A stretch of DNA of 63,621 nucleotides, counting the filler, from Intoshia linei (lineage: Eukaryota > Animalia > Orthonectida): assembly GCA_001642005.1 (NCBI GenBank). It is 5 parts of 5 records of this genome, joined end to end, with 100 filler letters (N's around TTAATTAATTAA, not from the genome) between each part and the next. Parts side by side here need not be neighbours in the genome. Positions count along the whole stretch, not along the records: positions 30,242 to 60,363 come from LWCA01000371.1; positions 60,464 to 63,621 come from LWCA01002133.1; 3 more parts are not named here. The stretch is one strand, 5' to 3'. Each line of letters starts with the position of its first letter. Position 1 is the stretch's first letter. The notes beneath the pieces were generated by a model that did not search any database, was not told the DNA's origin, and saw only the letters and a program-made list of their open reading frames with translations. Both the position numbers and the translations under genes were made by a program. Below are positions 52,384 to 63,621 of the stretch, one piece after another.

Positions 52384-52890
52384 TCATTTATTTATATATA
52401 ACAAAAAATATTTTTCAACGTTAAATTTTTTAAATGGCCGATCTTTCGTTAAAATACGTTTTAACATTGAGAATGATCGTTCTACTGATATACATGAAAC
52501 ATTATGTAATCGATTATACAAACACTTTAAAGTACCTGCAGTTAAAACCATATACGGTGCTGCGTCTGAAAATAATAGCACAAAATTTTTTTTTTCAATT
52601 GGTAGATCTCGGATAATGTTATCGATTTTAGTGCAAACAAAATTGGCATTTACCGATTTTTCTAAAGAAATACATTTAAAAGCGTAGACTTGATAAGAGT
52701 TATCAACTGTCCCTATCATCATATTTAAATAACACACTTTGTTCATTTGAGTTTCATCCACAACCAAAAAAATATTTTTATTTTCCACAATATTATTTTC
52801 TCTTTCTATTTCAATGTTGCTTAATTGTTTAACTATCTGCCGTGCATTGTTTGTGTTTGTACCGTGTGTATTGTGCTACGTACAAACAAC
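52384..52890 (-). mobile_element. Internally deleted hAT-related (DUF659-like) transposase remnant
   Basis: IFLVVDETQ, FSDAAPYM, then directly ISVERSFSMLKRIL; same family as 31600-32771. Confidence 0.7.
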
Positions 52891-52908
52891 ATCTATTTGT
52901 ATGTATAG

Positions 52909-53140
52909 CAGGGTTCTCAACCTTTTTTCAGAAGGGCCAGATTTATCAATATAAAATAATTTAGGACCATCGCAGACCACAATTTTTATTTTATTGATAG
53001 AAAATTTATAAAAGAATAGTTGACAATTAATGAGAATTGATTTTTGGGGGTTAATAATTAAAATATCGGTAAATTCAAATTATTAAAAATATTCGGCGGA
53101 CCACGAAAAATACCAAAAGGGTCATATTTGAAAATCACTG
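52909..53140. mobile_element. hAT-type MITE
   Basis: CAGGGTTCTCAA ... TTGAAAATCACTG; TSD ATGTATAG/ATATACAG. Confidence 0.7.
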
Positions 53141-53809
53141 ATATACAGTAATCAATAACGGAATAATAATTTATACAATAACAATAAAAATAAAAAAGAT
53201 TTATTCATATTTACATTTAAACTACAATTTTTGTATATAATTCCTGATTCCACCTCCTCAATTATTTTGAATTTTCATCAATTTTTCACTCTTTCTCTTA
53301 ATTTTCATTATTGTTATTTTTCAAATATTGCGCCAAATTACCTCTATTTATTAGTTGTAATTTAAATTTGTCTTAGTTATAACAAAAATAGCACAAAATT
53401 ATTGTGCAATTTGCTGTATGTATAATTGAGATTCCACTGTAATAAATATCAAAAAAAAATTTACAAATAAAAATTATAAATAAAAAATGAAGATTCAAAT
53501 TTTTTGTAACGATATTTAAAATTGACATAACTAAGATATAAATAATTTCTCATAAAATTTTAGATGTAACCGCTATATAAATTTAATCTATAGATTTATT
53601 ACTAGTCAAATGAAAATCTGCCCGAGTTATGTGTATTTAAATTGATTTAATTTAAACATTTATGCAAATATTTCGCTTACAAGTGATTGTCAAATGAATA
53701 TAATTGTGTTCATATTTACAAATTAGAAATTAATTTAACAATTATTAAGAAATTTAACACTTGAAAATATTAAAATTTTTTATTTTTTTTAATATTTTTA
53801 TAATTTTTC

Positions 53810-53890
53810 AAAAAATATCAAGTCAGGCTTTGCGCGAGTATCCCGAGTTGGAGAGTCGCCACTGATTTCCATTCTCAAACCGACTTGACC
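53810..53890 (-). ncRNA. Candidate small structured RNA (terminal stem followed by oligo-T)
   Basis: GC-rich island; TCAAGTCGGTTTG pairs with CAAAGCCTGACTTGA (two bulges), followed by TATTTTTT on the minus strand; family not identified. Confidence 0.25.
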
Positions 53891-53998
53891 AATTTTTTTT
53901 ACATCAAAACGGATAATCAAATGGGTATGTTAAAATACCAAGTTAAAGCCACACAATAATTAGGCAAAGTGATTCAAGAAATACAATTACAATGTACT

Positions 53999-54210
53999 CA
54001 GAACCGTGAATAGTGCCACATTGCTCGGGACTACAACCACGAGGGTCCTACTATTTTAATATTTTATATTGGAAAATGTCATTTTTATGATGACCAATGC
54101 AATTTACAACTGTTATATCTAATGTTAGACAATAAACGATCAATTAAACAATCTATATAGGTCTATAAACTCTATCTGACCCAGGCCTACGCTGATTCTC
54201 CACAGTCCTG
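53999..54210. mobile_element. hAT-type MITE 17 nt into the last identifiable NDUFS3 intron
   Basis: CAGAACCGTGAA ... CTCCACAGTCCTG; TSD AATGTACT/AATATACT. Confidence 0.75.
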
Positions 54211-54227
54211 AATATACTATAAAATAC

Positions 54228-55878
54228 CTTTGCGTAATGGATTTCCATCAAATCCATAATCTGTTAATATTCTTCTTAAATCAGGATGACCTTGAAAATA
54301 GACACCAAACATATCAAAAATCTAGAAACAGAATAAATTTTAATTAATATAATAAAAATTCAGTTTAGTTAAACGTAATTTTTGATCCATTAAAAAAATT
54401 AAAATTAATGTTGTTCAACCTATAAGTGGATAATGAGTAATTTTAAATAATTTCAAATCCTCAACCTTTTCATTGTCAGGTAATATTTTTTAGACAAAAT
54501 TTAAAAGTTTTTTTAAAAGTTTGAAAAAGTTATGCATGTCATAAAAACGGTTGGAAAGGTGAGACTTAAACAAATAAAATTGTACACTGTACAGCAAATT
54601 TGAATAAAAATTATACCTCTCTTTCATACCAATTGGCACCTTCAAATATAGTACATAATGAGTCAATTGGAGTTAATTCATCAGTATACGTTTTAATTCT
54701 TATTCTTTCGTTGAATTTAATGGACAATAAATTATATATGATCTAATTTATATTTATATTATTTATTTTACCACTATTTGCTAAAAAAATTTTAAAATAA
54801 ATTTAAAAAATATTTGTATGCCTTGTTGACCCCTCTGTTTATAAAATAAACATTTAAAAAAATATAAAAAATTAAGATTTGCGAATAATAAAATGAAATA
54901 TAGTGAGTCATATATAAATAAAGTCAATATTTGGTAAATGAAATATACAGTTTAGTCTTATCATTCAATAGAACCAATTTTTGATAATTGAAAATAAATA
55001 TAATTAAATGTACCTCAAAACGGTACATTTTTTGTGGCACATCTATGGCAGTGATATCGCATATATTATTATATTGGTGAGCAGTATGCTCCTTTAAATA
55101 TGTAATTATTGGTATAATCCCTAATAAAAAAATTATATTCTTTTTTATTTACATGTTTTATATTTTTTAATTACCTTCCGGATGTATAAGTATTTCTAAT
55201 TCATCTCTAGATACAATTTGAGCAGTTTGGACGTATTTAGGAAATGATTTGCCAATGTAATCTCCTTTATTTTTAATATTCAAATATTGCTGTTCAGTCA
55301 ACGATTTTAAAGCAATAATGGGTGTTGGATTAGTTTTAACAATATCAGATGCAGTTCGATTGATAATTCTACCTGTTTGAATTCTGACACTATTCAACAA
55401 CTCTATACACATAATTAAATATACAATAATGATGAATAATGAAAAATGCATTTCTTTTTCTAAAAATGCTTTTTCTGGGGATGATTATTAACGCAATAAA
55501 AAAATTGAAAAGATTATAGAAAGAGGTTCACATAAGTATTAACTGTAAAATTTTTTAAAAAATATCAGGCATAATTCTTTTAAAATTTAAATTTTATTAC
55601 AATACAATTAACAAAAAACTTTTAAAAATTTTTCATTTAAATTTAAAATAAAACTAGGTTGGTAAATTAATGAGTTAAATGTCATGTGCTCAATATAAAT
55701 GTATTCCGATATAAATTTTTAAGTATTAAAAACAAGAATTAAATTAAATCAGACAAAACTGGGATGTGATCAAAACGTTGGGACCCTGAATCACATTTCT
55801 GGTACCATGATACAAGGATAATGCATAGTACATATAATGTATATAAAATAACATACTTAATTTTAATTTCGACAACAT
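54228..55878 (-). CDS. NDUFS3: NADH:ubiquinone oxidoreductase 30-kDa subunit; conserved 3' exon not found
   Basis: Exons 55857-55878, 55175-55402, 55014-55120, 54617-54742, 54228-54321. Basic presequence MLSKLKLKLLNSVR; [69 protein letters not shown]. Confidence 0.93.
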
Positions 55879-56053
55879 AGTAATTTGAATATTATTTTAT
55901 TAACTAGATAGTAATTGTGGATACTGATAAAAAAAAGTTAATAATTTAGCAACATTTAATGTAGAATGTGTAATATATAAATAAAATGTAATATAAAAAA
56001 AATGTATACATTTATTATTTTCAATTATATACATATAATACATTTATACAAAA

Positions 56054-57757
56054 TTATTTATCCGCTATAAAAAAAGAACAAATATTGCTAATTGCCAAGT
56101 CTTTACCATTTTCATTGTCATTATTAACATTTAAGGTAAAAACAGATCCATTAGAAGAACAAGATTCTGTTTCGCCATCATATTTAACAGGTATATTTGA
56201 CAGCTAAATAAAATTAAAATCAATAAAAATTTAATATATAACCTCGTGTATAGGTAAATCCTTTTTTTTAACATTAAGCTTAATTTTAAGTTTGAGAGGT
56301 AATTTTGGAGGTAAAATTTTAATTTTCTTAATAGATAATTTGGGGGGTTGGTGAGGTTTAATTTTAATATTTTTCAGATTGAGTTTTAATGTAATTGGTT
56401 TATGATTTAATTGAGGTTTACTATTTTCTAGAGAGACGGGAATAATTACATTATTATTCTGAGATTCAAATTTCATTTTCCCCTTTACTCTATTAACATT
56501 CAATTTAATCGGTTCCTTCGGTTTATGTAATCTTAATTTTGATACATTTATTTTTGAGATAATTTTTTCAGATACGTCAATATTTGTTGAAATGTTGCCA
56601 TATTCTACATTTTTTTGATAATTTTCTAAAACAAGAGATTTCTTTTTAGGCGACCTTTTAGAAATTAAAGGTTTAGAAACATCTTGTTTTTCTTTACAAG
56701 ATATTTTAATTTTAGAAACGTAATCCTTTTGTTTTAAATTACTTTTTTTGGAATGTATACATTCTAATTTTTTATAAATTTCTGTTTTTTTTTGAGTAAT
56801 GTCTTGGACTGGTTTTGGAGGCTGACACTTATCCTTACTAGTATTATTGCCAATAGAAATTTCGTCAAAAGTAACTTTTTTGTTGATAAAATAACTCATT
56901 GGAAAAGCTGGTACGACATTTTCGTCATTGATATCAACGAATATAGTCGGTACCTTTTCAGTCGGTTCAGATTGAACATTAGCTTTTTTAGCTAATTGAG
57001 CCTCTTTACATTCATCTAAATTAGAGATATATTTATACTAATATAATCAAACCATAATATTTGAAAGGATCAATTTTGTGTTCCTTGAAAAGCATAGTTT
57101 CTTTTTCCACAAACAAATTTAAAATTTGATGATGGGTCATTTCGTCGTCAAATGTCTAAAAAGTATATTAAATGACATTTTAAACTAAATAAAAATGTGC
57201 CAACTTTTAAAATGTAGATAAAATAATCACTTCTGTTTTTATGAAATCGATAACATGTGCACGTTTTGCAATATTTTCAGCTTGTTTCATGATATCATCC
57301 ATATTTTTTTCTTTAATAATGTGAGGTTTTTCAAAGCTCATAAAATCAATTAAATCTCTTGCAAAACTAGTGTCGTTGAAAATCTCGATATTTGAAACTT
57401 CCAAAATCTATATATAATTATATTTACTCAAACTTAAATTACAAATGGTGTTTAAATTAACAAATGTATATTGTACAATATAAACCTCTGGTTCTTTGGT
57501 AAAAAGACTGGCCATTAGTAATTCACATCCATCTTGCTCGTTGAATTCATTTTTAGAACAATCCTCAATCTTTGGTGTTTCTGGTTTAGTCAATGTCACA
57601 TTTTGTTGATTCGGTGTAGCCACAGTTTGGTCAGGTATTGTTATATTTTTAGGCATTTCAAAGTTTTTAATTGTTTGTGTAACATCAATAGGTATAATAC
57701 ATTCGTTTGAAATTAGGGTATTATCAGTTATATTTTGCTCAATAATTTCATTTGGTG
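56054..57757 (-). CDS. Uncharacterised Lys/Pro-rich protein, last five exons (5' end not found)
   Basis: Exons 57486-57757, 57231-57407, 57053-57155, 56243-57015, 56054-56203 join in phase without stops (about 490 aa); repeated P(I/L)(K/T)L(K/N)(L/I/V) motifs. Confidence 0.75.
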
Positions 57758-57845
57758 CTAAAATTAAATAATCATAACACTAATTAGCAAATATTGAAGT
57801 GGATCTAGATATTTTATTTAATAATGATTTACCCTTCCTCTTCAC

Positions 57846-58124
57846 CAGGGGTGTTAGACAGAATTTGTTGGGATGGCCAAATGTGACCAAAAAAATTATT
57901 ACGCGGTCCGCACAAAACAAATATCTTTACTCAAATAACATTATTAAACAATAATTATTGTATAATAATTAATTAATAATTAACGAATAAGTACATAACT
58001 AATGCTAGAATTGTAATCAGGAATAAATAAATCATGAAAAATATTTAAAAAAAAAATATGGGTTAAAAATTTTGTTATAATGCAGACGGCAAATGGCCCG
58101 CGGGTCACATAATTGATACCCCTA
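57846..58124. mobile_element. hAT-type MITE
   Basis: CAGGGGGTGTTA ... TGATACCCCTA; TSD CTCTTCAC/CTCTTTAC. Confidence 0.78.
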
Positions 58125-58189
58125 CTCTTTACCAACAGAAAAAAATATTTTGAAAAGTTAAATTCAGATTGTTTCAATAATACATTATA

Positions 58190-59631
58190 CAGTCACATTG
58201 AAAACTATGTCAAAATCCCAATTATATATACATTATAGTATTATGTGTTTTTTGAATTTAAAAATGTAAAAAGTTCAATTTTTTAATTTTATTTTGTATA
58301 TCATTAAAGTTATGGATATTGTCAGTATAATATTAAAAAAATCGATTTGGTTGATAATTTTTAAGTTTTTTAAAACTCAAACAAAATTAAAATATTATCA
58401 ATTTTAAAAAATGGACGATTCAAAAGTATGTCAATACTACACTAAATTTGAATTAATTAATCATTAACTTTAAGTATACCGCGAACCACAAGTAGATGTA
58501 AAAAATACCAAAATTGGTCGTAAACGCATTTCTGATGTCCAAGATGATAAAAACGTGATCAGAATTAAAAAATAATTGGAACGTGGTAGCAAGTACCAGT
58601 ACGGTTAGAAAAAAGTAAATAGAAAATGGAATTAAAGCTATGCTGTTAGCAAAAATCCTCGGTTATCTGTAGTTAACATTTCTAAATGCCTAGACTTTTG
58701 TACAGATCACCGCAGCTGGTATATAGATGATTGGAAAAACGTGATATTTTCTGATGAATGCAATGTTGACATCAAAAGGGGTCATATTCGTCAGAAAATA
58801 TAGAGAAGAAAAACTGAGTCCTTAGAACAGTTCGCCATTCGTGAAAATGACAGGTTTTCGACTTCAGTGATGATTTGGGGGTGTAATTCAAAGGAAAATG
58901 GTAGATGTGTAAAAAATTTTATCAGAAAGATTGAATGCAATGGGCTATAAAAGCATTCTGGATAACACATTAAATCCATTTATAGAAGAGACATATCAGC
59001 AATCTAATATTTCAGCAAGACAACGCTTCTTGTCATATGGCTTGATCTGTAAATATTTTTTAAAATTATCTTAAATTATGGTTTAATATTCAATTTATTA
59101 TTAGATGACTAAATGGATGGAAGAGAATAACATTCAATTAATGAGATGGCCGTCTAATAGTCCAGATCTTAACATTATCGAGCAGGTATGGCCACGACTG
59201 AAGGCTAGAATTAATGAAATATCCCAAAATGTTTATAATCAAGCTGAATTGAGCAATATAATAAGGGAATGATCCAATGTTACAACCCCTGATTTTATAA
59301 ATAAATTATATATGAGCCTCCCAAATAGAATGGAATCATGCTATAAATCAAAGGGTTATACTAAATATTAATTTGTAGTATTTACTTAATAATAAAATAC
59401 TGTTGATATACTTTTGAATCGGTTTTTTAATATTTTTTATAATTTTTCCAATTTCAATTCAATTTTTCATAAAATTATCCAAAAAAATATGTAATTATAA
59501 TATATCATTGTAATCACATAATCTCAATTAAAACTGATTAAAAAAGAATACATGTATAGGTGGATTTGTTTAGAATTGATGGAATGATAACTAAATTTGA
59601 AATAAAATATATGAAATGTTGACATAGTTTT
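58190..59631 (+). mobile_element. Degenerate Tc1 (DD34E) transposon with IR/DR-type ends and an intron
   Basis: TA|CAGT start; DWKNVIFSDEC, VMIWGC, IFQQDNASCH, WPSNSPDLNIIEQVW; DR motif AAAA(C/G)TATGTCAA near 58201 and 58422, inverted near 59403 and 59619. Confidence 0.88.
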
Positions 59632-59807
59632 ATTTATTATTTCAGAACTAACAAAAAAAAAATCTGATTTAACTGACCCTTTGTGAAACGGTGTATAACT
59701 CGTTTTCAATTTATAGTTGGACACACATAAAATTTTCTGCGACGCACAAATGCACCAGGGCGCATTATTTGAAAAAATTGGTTTATAGAAACATGACAAT
59801 TATTACA

Positions 59808-60318
59808 GGCGTGCATTTATCGCGTCAGTATTTTTCTTATTGAGATATCAGTATTGGTGATAATTTGTCAGTAGAAACATTGATTGTTCAGTATTTAAGG
59901 TGCCAATTGACAAGGTGTCAGTATAAATAATTGATTGTTAGTATTTAAAGTGGAATGTCAGTAAAAAAAATTATTTTGTCAGTACTTTACATATACTGTC
60001 AGTATTTAAATTGAATGTTCTGTATAAAATAAAACTGACAAAAAATTTTATTTCATTAAAAAATATTCTCTGGTGTGAACACCATAGAATATTTCTAATT
60101 TTTTTGTAATATGGTATCTTAATATTTCAGTTTTAACTTGGGTCTGTAGTGGATGATATATTATTTCAAAAACTAGATTTTTAATTTTTATACTGACACT
60201 CCAAAATCATCAAACTTACAATTCAATTTTTTTATTTCTATATACTTTTTTGTTGAGTTAGTTACAATTTTCGATGAATACTGATCTAGTTAATATATTT
60301 ACTGACAAAAATGCAATT
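59808..60318. mobile_element. Foldback/MULE-like element with arrays of TGTCAGTA motifs
   Basis: About ten (T)GTCAGTA-like motifs at 59824-60025, inverted ACTGA(CA) copies near 60034, 60191, 60279 and 60300; ends TGCATTT..GTCAGTA / TACTGAC..AAATGCA. Confidence 0.55.
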
Positions 60319-60363
60319 ANATCTTAATATTTCAGTTTTAACTTGGGTCTGTAGTGGATGATA

Positions 60364-60463
60364 NNNNNNNNNNNNNNNNNNNNNNNNNNNNNNNNNNNNN
60401 NNNNNNNTTAATTAATTAANNNNNNNNNNNNNNNNNNNNNNNNNNNNNNNNNNNNNNNNNNNN
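60364..60463. other. Artificial contig linker
   Basis: N-run, TTAATTAATTAA, N-run. Confidence 0.95.
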
Positions 60464-62559
60464 CCTTTTTCATGTTTGTTACATGACAAATAACTGATTC
60501 GGTTATAATTACAATTCCCAAATGAATTCTTACAAAAATATATATACGTTTTGAGTCAATACATACAAGTTAATGATTCATGTAGTTAATTTTTATTTTT
60601 TTCCATTCTCATATATGATGTACTTTATATTTTATCCGCAAGGCATTTTTTATACTTTATGTATAATACCTTTGTTATATTACATAATGTACCAAAATGC
60701 ATATAAATCAATTTTGAATATATTAAAAAATAAAAAAATCAGTAAAAGTCATCGTTGCTATAAAAGTATATTAAAAATATTTAGATTCAAAATGCATTCA
60801 TTATAACTATGTATTAATATAAAAATGTATAACAATATTATTATAATATTGATACATGTAATATGTAACTGCACATGACATAAAAAAATGAGATTGGGTA
60901 GAGCCCTGTAACGGGTACTAGAAAAAATGTAGCCAATTGTGATACTTGCATCGCTTGTAGTTTCCCCGCTTTATTACATACAGTTCTTAATGTATTCCAA
61001 GTATACATTTCCTTTTATATTCTAATGACATATCACAATCACACAAATAGATAATTCAATGTATAGTTTTGGTATAACGCATATCCCTAATTGGTAGAAT
61101 GGTTATAGTCATATAATCGTTTTCTGCGAGGTCAAATCAGTTGGAATATCGATTTGGGCATCTTTCTATATAAGATAACTTATATTAATCATATTTACTG
61201 ATTATTACATGTACCTTTTTGATGTTATGATCCCTTAAAGAAGACACCATCACATTTTTTATATCAAATAATAAAGTAGTTCACATGCCTTAATATCAAC
61301 GTTATTCATTTCTTTTGTAGATACTGTTCATTAGGGCTGTTTTCGTTATTTACAAAAATGGATTTTTGTTAAAAATACCATATACCACGTTGAAGAGGGT
61401 ACTTAAAAACTTCTAAAAAATATATTTTTAGAATAATTTACCGTAAAAACATTCAGCGGTTTTCCTTTTTAAGGTTTTCGCGCGCTTTTCCACCTTTTTC
61501 TTAATTGTCGCCAATAATTTTATTTTAAACATGGATGCGATTAACATACAACTAACTAAGACATATACCAAATTTGGAGTGAAAAAATGAAATATTTAAC
61601 CTCAAAGGGCGTTTTTTCCATAAAAAGGGGTTTTTGTAATATTGGTCAAATATAAAAATTCCAAAATTTATAATGACCAAAAATTTATTTTAACTGTGAA
61701 AATTTAATAGTGTCATTATGAAATGCAGTTATTTACGTTTTAAATACATTTTAATAAAAAAAAGTAATATAAACTCTAGAAGCCGAGCTAAAAAATAACT
61801 GTGTTTATTCTAATAGATTAATTTTTATAAAAATTGTATAACGATATGTAAAATGTGATACCGATTCGTGACAGGTGAGTGTAGTTGTTTTTGTATTATT
61901 AGTTTCTGCGTTTTAATTAATTAAAATCACAAAAAATAACGAAAAGACTTTATTTTCAAAAAATAATGATTAATTATGGAAACAATTATTATTGGTGTTG
62001 AAATTCAAAGTAATTTAAAATTGAAACGAATAATTCTGTTATTATAAAAGTGAAATTTTAGTTTATTAATTCACCAATAATTATTTCATCTTAAAAACCT
62101 CTTAATGTTAATTATCAGTATCTGACCAAATGATCAAGCATTCCTGTTATTTTTCACAATTTTAAGTCATTGAAGAATTATAAATCTTATATTTGTTTAT
62201 TCATCAATTTGTTAAAAGTGCTAATCGTGTACAATCGTGCAAATCGTCCATAACATTATTTCTAACAAGTATTGTAAATTAAAAATAAAATATAACATTT
62301 TATGGTCATTTTTTTTATAATATTGATTAGTTTGATAAATGACTGTCCCAAGTCAAAGTTGAACTAAATTAATAAAAATCATATTTCGATGCCCACAACC
62401 GGTTGCAACTTTCAACCTATTTAAACAAATATTGAACACATCAAAAATTAACCGATCAATCTATATTTTCAAAAAGACACTAAAATACTATACATATATT
62501 ATTTTATTAATTGACCCAATTCCATCATGAAAATGTCTGGTAAGGCCGTTACATGTCAC

Positions 62560-62784
62560 CAGGGACGTGGAGAGGGGACTAGATGTCATATGGGACCTTC
62601 ACGGCCTACTTTTTAAGTATACCAAATTTTCGATAACTGATTCGATTTCCAATGGTTATGTTTAATTTTTAGATAATGAACGATCGATTAAGCAATGTAT
62701 AGAGGTCCTATTTTTAAAAATATCTATATAAAAGTCTAAAATAGTTATCTGGCTCGGGTTTAATGTTGGCTCTCCACGGCCCTT
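62560..62784. mobile_element. hAT-type MITE (CAGGG.CGTGGAGAG family)
   Basis: CAGGGACGTGGAGAG ... CTCTCCACGGCCCT; related to the ends at 11796, 14883 and 53999. Confidence 0.7.
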
Positions 62785-63110
62785 CGTATTACTGGTAACT
62801 AACAATGAGAAAATTATTAATTTTGTTTTTATTTATGAACCTAGTACGACATTGACATGTCATGCATACAGTAATAAGTGTATAATAAACATTACATATA
62901 AATAATATTAATTTTTTAAACTTATTGACAGTGACACACAGTTTGTTATCAATAAATATAATTAATATTTTAATTTTGTGTTGATCGAAAAATAATATTA
63001 CATTTTAGAATACTGTTATTAGTTTAAGATTAAAATTTAAATTTTTACATGGTATTGGTCCATTCAATGAAATGTTAAGGGAGTACGTTTGTAGAGTGAA
63101 ATTTTAAACT

Positions 63111-63151
63111 TGAATAAAATCGAATTGAATAAAATCGAATTGAATAAAATC
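63111..63151. repeat. 15-bp minisatellite (TGAATAAAATCGAAT, about 2.7 copies)
   Basis: Direct reading. Confidence 0.85.
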
Positions 63152-63621
63152 ATTTTTTTTAATTTTTATGCATTTAATAAGCAATTAGCACTAAATGTGT
63201 GTAACTATGTAACTATAAAACTGAAATTTATCATATAAAAATGTAAGTAAATATTAAAACTGAACTTTATTCGAGTGGAAAAATATATATAATGGCATAT
63301 CCATGATTATGGGTTATTACATTGAGGTCAGTTGTATGTTATGTATGTTAGTGTAATGTATGCCCTTACTCTTCGAGTTCATGCATTAGAACAAAACTCG
63401 TATCATAATGTGAAACTGATGCATAGATATGTATTATATTTTAGAAATGGACTACCCAATTTAGAGCAAGCTTTAGTTAAAATTAATAGATTATTAATAA
63501 TTTTAATAGGATAATGTATTGTTGCCACGATTAAATATACAAATTAAAAATTGTCTATCAAACTCATTTACATTTGTATTTATATTATCGTTTGTTAATT
63601 TTTATTTTATTTTTCTTTTAT

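Noticed and set aside
53818-53891. Possible tRNA (7-bp terminal stem near CCA)
   Set aside because: No TTCRA T-loop and no recognisable D arm or anticodon arm; kept only as a generic structured-RNA candidate.
60116-60363. Exact ~43-bp direct duplication (about 60116-60158 and 60321-60363)
   Set aside because: The second copy sits between a single N and the linker, so it is a contig-end overlap artefact.
60464-63621. Small ORFs and exon-like patches in the last contig
   Set aside because: No consistent spliced frame or recognisable motif; mostly AT-rich DNA and MITE fragments.

Overview
AT-rich (roughly three-quarters A+T by eye), intron-dense eukaryotic DNA, almost certainly animal. It is not prokaryotic, and I found no CRISPR array, rRNA or convincing tRNA. 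The window is five contigs joined by identical 100-bp artificial linkers (N-run, TTAATTAATTAA, N-run). Walking GT..AG junctions by hand with phase checks gave these genes: a PLP-dependent threonine/serine dehydratase with ACT domain (+), a 4-finger C2H2 protein (-), an LCAT/PLA2G15-type lipase (-, 5' end missing), the 5' end of an SLCO/OATP transporter (+), a CDV3-like protein with a 30-aa tandem repeat (+), an orphan membrane protein (-), TMEM218 (-), a 3-domain gelsolin/severin-like protein (-), PIK3C3/Vps34 (+), TMEM199/Vma12 (-), intronless DDX47/RRP3 (-), NDUFS3 (-, conserved last exon not found) and a Lys-rich unknown gene (-). Most introns are 34-47 nt. Most long introns are filled with transposon debris: hAT-type MITEs with 8-bp TSDs, Helitron-like repeats, and Tc1/Tc3/pogo, hAT and Gypsy fragments. 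The architecture resembles a compact parasitic animal genome such as the orthonectid Intoshia, but that is inference only. I found no clear new multi-gene system. The best leads are: NDUFS3 lacking its conserved C-terminal exon; a GC-rich stem-loop followed by a T-run just downstream of it; a Tc1 transposase whose DD34E spacing is restored only by splicing a 56-nt intron; and Vps34 substitutions in normally conserved motifs.
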